In this document: positions 21,168 to 25,581 of the stretch, piece after piece
Layout: every line of letters starts with the position of its first letter
How positions within the stretch are numbered: the stretch's first letter is position 1
NCBI GenBank assembly: GCA_031366795.1
Contig: JANLOX010000373.1
Coordinates: forward strand, 1 to 25,581
Direction of reading: 5' to 3'
DNA: 25,581 bases
Source: Candidatus Eiseniibacteriota bacterium
GTDB lineage: Bacteria > Eisenbacteria > RBG-16-71-46
Program-made: the position numbers and the translations under genes
Notes under the pieces: model-generated
Told to the model about the DNA's origin: nothing
Seen by the model: the letters and a program-made list of their open reading frames with translations, nothing else
The model's database searches: none

Positions 21168-24100
21168 TCATGGCCGCACGGGCGTCGCGGGAGTGGCCGC
21201 GGCGCCCGCGGTCTTGACGAGCTCGGGCGCCGGCACCCAGAAGTCACGCGGGTAGAGCCGGTAGAGCGACGTCTTCGCATCCCCAACCGACTTGAGGTAG
21301 GCCTCATAGGCGCTGAACTGCTTCTCGGCCCCGATCACGAAGTACGAAGCACCCGGAACCGGCGCGGCCTTGGGGTCGAAACCGGGCAGGACGCGGGCAT
21401 AGACGCCGGGCATGCGGTCGAACAGCGCGTCGGTGAGATTCGCCCGCCCGCGCAGTGCGAGGACCTCCTTGCGGAAGCGGGAGACCACTTCGGGTGTGAC
21501 GCCGTCCGCGAGATTGGCCGCCATCGACTCGCCACGGTCTTCGTAGCGTGCGGCCGCCCGCGAGCCGAACGCGAGCGACACCGCATACTCGGCGAGCGCC
21601 GGATCCTTCTTCGCCTGCTTCAACTGATCGATCACGAAGCGCACGGTCTGCGGCAATTCCGGAGTTCGTTCGGCGTAGTAGCCTTGGCGGCCCGTCTCCG
21701 GTGAAGCCGAGATGCCGTTGCTGTAGGCGAGCCCGGCGCCCCACGTCTTCATGAATACGCTGTGCGCTCCGCCGCCGGCGTAGAGATTGCCGGCGAGGTA
21801 GCGCAGCACCGACTCCTTGTCGGTGTCGGTGTAACTCACGAACGGCGCCGAGTTGATGACCACGCCACCCTGACTGTTCGGGTTGAGCAGGCCCACATAC
21901 TGCGCGTCCTTCGCAGTGGCATCCCGCTCGCCGAGGCGCTCGAGGATGAGCGGGCGGGAAGAGCGAGCCGCCGCCATGCTGGCGCCATTCCCCAGACTCG
22001 CCAGCGTCAACTGGATGGGGCCCGCAAGCTTGGCCAGCGTCGCCGAGGCGCCGATGGTGAAGACGCGGGCATTGCCCGTGCGCAACACTTCGCTTCGCAC
22101 CGCTTCCAGCTCGGTGAGCGTGCGCTCTGGAGTCACGAGCAAATCGTGCCGCATCTGATGGCACAGATACGACCAGTCCGCCGCCAGCGTCGCGTCCGGG
22201 AGATCGGGAAGCGACTGCGCGAGATCCTTCGCGGCTTCGATGCCGATGGCGTGCGCGCGTGTGGGAAGGGCGTTGAACGCCTGCAGGACCGGGCTGATGG
22301 CGGGGCCGGCTTGCCGCGCGGCCGTTGAATCGCCTTCGATCGCTTCTGCCAATTGCGCGAGGCCGGCGCGCTTTGAGCTCCCGGGTGCAGCCAGCCGCGC
22401 CAGGAATGTCGCGGCGGCATCGCGCTCCGACGTGGACGCCTCCATTAGCTGCCAGCGCAGGCGCAACGCGCTGTTCGTCTGGGTCAGGAATGAGTTGGTC
22501 GCGAGGAACAGCGGGCTGTCCTGCCGCCGGTAGGCAGCGCCGACTCCGCTGACCCAGTATTCATCGGGGCCCTGGCGAAGGTTGCGCAGGCCGCTCAGGG
22601 CCTGGTCCACGACGTCGCGGATGCGCGATAGATTGCCCGCGCTCCAATCGGCATGCAGCATCACCGAGTGCATCCACTCGACACCCTTCTCGGCCTCGGC
22701 CGCGTCATTACCGGAGGCGCGCACCGCAAGCTCATAGCGCTCCGTGCGATCATTGACGCTGAAACTGGCGTTGAGCGACAGGATCTCGTTGCGGAGCCGT
22801 TCCTTCATTTCCTCGAACGGAATGTGGCGTCCGTTCTCGACCACGCCGACTTCGGTGAGCAGCGAGGGCAGGAGCGCGAGGTACATGAGTTGCTCGTCAC
22901 GCAGGCCATTGAGCCGGAAGGCCATGCCGGTCGTGGCGCTGGTCATGTTCTCGAACGTGGTCTTCACGTAGGGGATGCCACCCGGCAAGGTCCCTGAGGC
23001 GTACTCGAGCGGGGCATCCAGCGTAAGTGGCAGCGCATCCACGAGCCTGGCCGGCTTGAGCGAGTGCGCCGCGGCCACGAGGGCCGCGGTCGTCGAATCG
23101 TAGGCAGCTTTGTAGTGGGTGATGGCGTCCTGGTCTGACCCCACGCGGTAGAGCGCGCGGAGCCGCGTGACTTCGGCGGCGATGCGTTCCTGGCGTTCGT
23201 GATCGAGCTGCGTCTGGACGGCGGGGTTCGCGCGCGTGGCGACGACGTAGGGAATGTCGAGCAACTGCCAACTGGCCAGCGCCTTGCGCCACGGGTTCTC
23301 GGGCCCGGCGAGCTGCCGCTCGATGGCGGCGAGTTCCGGCTTCAACGTCACCGAGCGTTGGAAGTCGGGCGAGTCCTCGAGCATCAGCAGGTGGTCCATC
23401 CACTCGGAGTAGGTGCTGCGGAAGCCGAAGCCCGGGGGGGAGTTCACAAACTTCATCGCCTCACGCCGCGTGGCGACGAGCCGGCTGAGGACGCGCGCAT
23501 TGAACTCGTTGAGCTCCGGGGAGCCATCCTTCCACGAGGCGATGCGCTGGAATTCATCCATCACCTGGCGGCGGATCTCGGCGGCGTCGGTGGGATTGAG
23601 ATGCGCGGTGGTGACCTCGTTGACCGCGAGATAGACGGGGTTGCCCGGGTCGTTGCTCAGGTAGTTGGAGACGGATTGCGCGCCGAAATCGAGCACACGC
23701 GTCTTGCTGTCGACGAACCGCTTGTACAGGTTGGTCGTCGCATCTCCCGCGACGGTGTCGAGGAACAACCGCAGCAATATGCGATCGTGCGCGTCGAGCG
23801 GGCGCACGGGCGCCCAGGCGAGCGAGACCGTACCCGGCTTCTCGGCGTTCTGGTCGGGGTAGTCCACGATCTGGATCGTTCCGGCAGGAGCGCCCATGGG
23901 AGGCGCGAAAGTCGGCGAGGTCTTGCCGCTGCGCGGGCGGGGCGCCGCCGCGGGTTCCAGCGGATCGAGAATGGCGCTCACGCGCTGCAGTACTTGCGCG
24001 AGCGGCATCTCCTTCGGCAGCGAAGCGATCATTCCCATATTGCCGAGCACATAGTTGCGCGCGTGGAACGTCCGGATATCCGTTGGGCTCATTTGGCGGA

Positions 24101-24800
24101 TGCCTTCGGGCGAGCCTCCCGACACATAAGCCGCGGCGTGATCCTTGCCGTACAGGGCGATGCCCAGGGTGTGGTAGCTGGCGAAGTCCTGGCTGGCGGT
24201 GGAGCCGACCATCTCGTTGTAGACGGTGCCCTTCTCCTCGAGCCGCAGGCTGTGGTCGGCGGGATTCTCGGTGACGCCGAAGTTTCGTACCTCGCGGCGG
24301 ATTTCTTCATCGGAGTAGTCGGGATGCAGCAGGGCATCCATGCGCTGGTTGAACTGCTGGTAGAACACCTCGGGGCCGGCGTTGGTGAGGAAGTCGTAAC
24401 AGGTGCGCCATTGCAACGTGAACGCGCTGGAGTTCGCGAGCGACATCGGCTCCTGCGTGGCCACGCCGCGGCCCATGTTGCCCTTGCCGAGCAACAGGTG
24501 TTCCTGCGTGTGCGGCTCGCCCTGGTCGGACGTCGGCGGGGAGTTCACCCAGATGAAGCCCTGCGGCACCGACTGGATCTGCAGCACGTCCAGCACGAAC
24601 CCGGTGCGCTCATGGATGAACCGGGCACCCATGGGGCGATCCGCGCCGTTGAGGTAGACGGAGACGGCCTTGAACCCCGCGAGCGTGCTCGTCGGGGTGA
24701 GACGCTCCAGCGTGAGCGCGGTCTCGGCCGCGCGCGACGGCACGGTCGCAGCAAGCGACAGTGCGAGGAACACCAGCGGGAACGTGCCGGGACGAATCAT
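21168..24800 (-). CDS. Secreted M16 (insulinase) family metallopeptidase, presequence-protease (M16C)-like
   Basis: Inverted zinc motif HTQEH, EEKGTVYNEM, ~1210 aa. GGAG RBS before ATG 24800 and Sec signal MIRPGTFPLVFLALSLAATVPSRA. Confidence 0.85.
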   Translation of the reverse strand: MIRPGTFPLVFLALSLAATVPSRAAETALTLERLTPTSTLAGFKAVSVYLNGADRPMGARFIHERTGFVLDVLQIQSVPQGFIWVNSPPTSDQGEPHTQEHLLLGKGNMGRGVATQEPMSLANSSAFTLQWRTCYDFLTNAGPEVFYQQFNQRMDALLHPDYSDEEIRREVRNFGVTENPADHSLRLEEKGTVYNEMVGSTASQDFASYHTLGIALYGKDHAAAYVSGGSPEGIRQMSPTDIRTFHARNYVLGNMGMIASLPKEMPLAQVLQRVSAILDPLEPAAAPRPRSGKTSPTFAPPMGAPAGTIQIVDYPDQNAEKPGTVSLAWAPVRPLDAHDRILLRLFLDTVAGDATTNLYKRFVDSKTRVLDFGAQSVSNYLSNDPGNPVYLAVNEVTTAHLNPTDAAEIRRQVMDEFQRIASWKDGSPELNEFNARVLSRLVATRREAMKFVNSPPGFGFRSTYSEWMDHLLMLEDSPDFQRSVTLKPELAAIERQLAGPENPWRKALASWQLLDIPYVVATRANPAVQTQLDHERQERIAAEVTRLRALYRVGSDQDAITHYKAAYDSTTAALVAAAHSLKPARLVDALPLTLDAPLEYASGTLPGGIPYVKTTFENMTSATTGMAFRLNGLRDEQLMYLALLPSLLTEVGVVENGRHIPFEEMKERLRNEILSLNASFSVNDRTERYELAVRASGNDAAEAEKGVEWMHSVMLHADWSAGNLSRIRDVVDQALSGLRNLRQGPDEYWVSGVGAAYRRQDSPLFLATNSFLTQTNSALRLRWQLMEASTSERDAAATFLARLAAPGSSKRAGLAQLAEAIEGDSTAARQAGPAISPVLQAFNALPTRAHAIGIEAAKDLAQSLPDLPDATLAADWSYLCHQMRHDLLVTPERTLTELEAVRSEVLRTGNARVFTIGASATLAKLAGPIQLTLASLGNGASMAAARSSRPLILERLGERDATAKDAQYVGLLNPNSQGGVVINSAPFVSYTDTDKESVLRYLAGNLYAGGGAHSVFMKTWGAGLAYSNGISASPETGRQGYYAERTPELPQTVRFVIDQLKQAKKDPALAEYAVSLAFGSRAAARYEDRGESMAANLADGVTPEVVSRFRKEVLALRGRANLTDALFDRMPGVYARVLPGFDPKAAPVPGASYFVIGAEKQFSAYEAYLKSVGDAKTSLYRLYPRDFWVPAPELVKTAGAAATPATPVRP

Positions 24801-24896
24801 GGGCTTCTCCGAGGAGTGCGGGGCGTCGAGTCCAGCCAAACGAACGGCGGCAGGATACCCGAATCCCGGCGTGCGGGTGCAGTCCGCCGTTCCGGT

Positions 24897-24922
24897 GGAA
24901 CCCTTGGAGCGCAACCCTGTAG
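24897..24922 (+). promoter_or_regulatory. Possible ECF-type promoter GGAAC-N17-GTAG just upstream of the oxidoreductase start
   Basis: GGAAC 24897-24901, GTA 24919-24921, ATG at 24932 with no Shine-Dalgarno in between. Confidence 0.35.
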
Positions 24923-24931
24923 AGTCGCTGC

Positions 24932-25581
24932 ATGCACTCACGCACCATCGCGGTTCTTGGCGCCGGCATGGCGGGTCTCGCGGCAGCGCTGACGCTGGCG
25001 CGCGATGGCCATCAGGTCACGCTGGTCGAGCGCGATCGGCTGGGCAATTCGGCCCCGGATCAGGCGTTCGCCTGGGAGCGCAAAGGGATCTCGCACTTCC
25101 AGCAGCCGCACGCGTTCATACCGCGCGGCCGCCTCGAACTGGTGGAGTACTTCCCGGATGTCTACGCCTCGCTGATTCGCGAAGGCGCCCACGACATCGA
25201 TGCCCGGCGAAAGTTGCCGGGCGAACTCGAGCCCGTCGACAGCGTGCTGCAGTTCATGGGAGTGCGGCGGCCGCTGATCGAGTGGGCACTGCGCAAGGCA
25301 GTGCTGACGCAAGCGGGAATCGAGGTGCTCTCCGGAGTTGCCGCACGAGGGATACGGGTTGCGAAGGGAAGCGTCGAGGGGGTGGATGTGGACGGCCGCG
25401 CGATCACCACGGACCTCGTGATCGACGCGATGGGCCGCCGTTCGCCAGTCCGCGGTTGGCTGGAACAGCAAGGCGTCGTGCTGCCACCGCAGCAACGCGG
25501 CGAGTGCGGCGTGATCTACTACAGCCGCTACTACCGGGTGCGACCCGGCAACACGCTGCCCGACGGGCCGTGGATTCTAGG
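24932..25581 (+). CDS. FAD-dependent oxidoreductase/monooxygenase, 5' part; runs off the window
   Basis: Not in the ORF track. MHSRTIAVLGAGMAGLAAALTLARDGHQVTLVERD (GxGxxG Rossmann), ...RRPLIEWALR..., DLVIDAMGRRS, YYSRYYR. Open to the window end. Confidence 0.9.
   Translation, partial: MHSRTIAVLGAGMAGLAAALTLARDGHQVTLVERDRLGNSAPDQAFAWERKGISHFQQPHAFIPRGRLELVEYFPDVYASLIREGAHDIDARRKLPGELEPVDSVLQFMGVRRPLIEWALRKAVLTQAGIEVLSGVAARGIRVAKGSVEGVDVDGRAITTDLVIDAMGRRSPVRGWLEQQGVVLPPQQRGECGVIYYSRYYRVRPGNTLPDGPWIL

Noticed and set aside
24938..25495. 185-aa minus-strand ORF
   Set aside because: Antisense to the FAD-dependent oxidoreductase, which has a clear Rossmann motif.

Overview
GC-rich bacterial window with no rRNA, tRNA, CRISPR or transposase that I can see. 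The gene content (FlgD/Por-type C-terminal tail protein, GWxTD protein, kinase-TolB-like-TPR fusion) suggests an FCB-related lineage such as Ca. Eisenbacteria; this is inference only. Left to right: (1) a minus-strand cluster of an RND adaptor, an RND permease, a DUF2892/YgaP-like membrane protein and the start of a TlpA-like thioredoxin. The permease carries an in-frame TAG just before its last transmembrane segments. (2) Divergent from it, an ECF sigma factor with a fused Cys-rich zinc anti-sigma domain, coupled to a HIT-like protein with a zinc ribbon. (3) A ~1540-aa secreted PQQ sugar-dehydrogenase-like protein with PKD, CARDB, three copies of a ~175-aa module and a secretion tail. (4) A Ser/Thr kinase-TPR gene and a Haem_bd cytochrome c. 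(5) Two decayed genes (GWxTD; a small exported Cys protein), then a 73-aa CxxC-CxxC protein behind a good sigma54 promoter. (6) tex, a frameshifted hypothetical gene, an orphan amtB, a secreted PreP-like M16 peptidase and the start of an FAD-dependent oxidoreductase. The best candidate for an undescribed system is the one-component ECF-ZAS/HIT module facing the RND-DUF2892-thioredoxin cluster, possibly thiol/persulfide or metal responsive.
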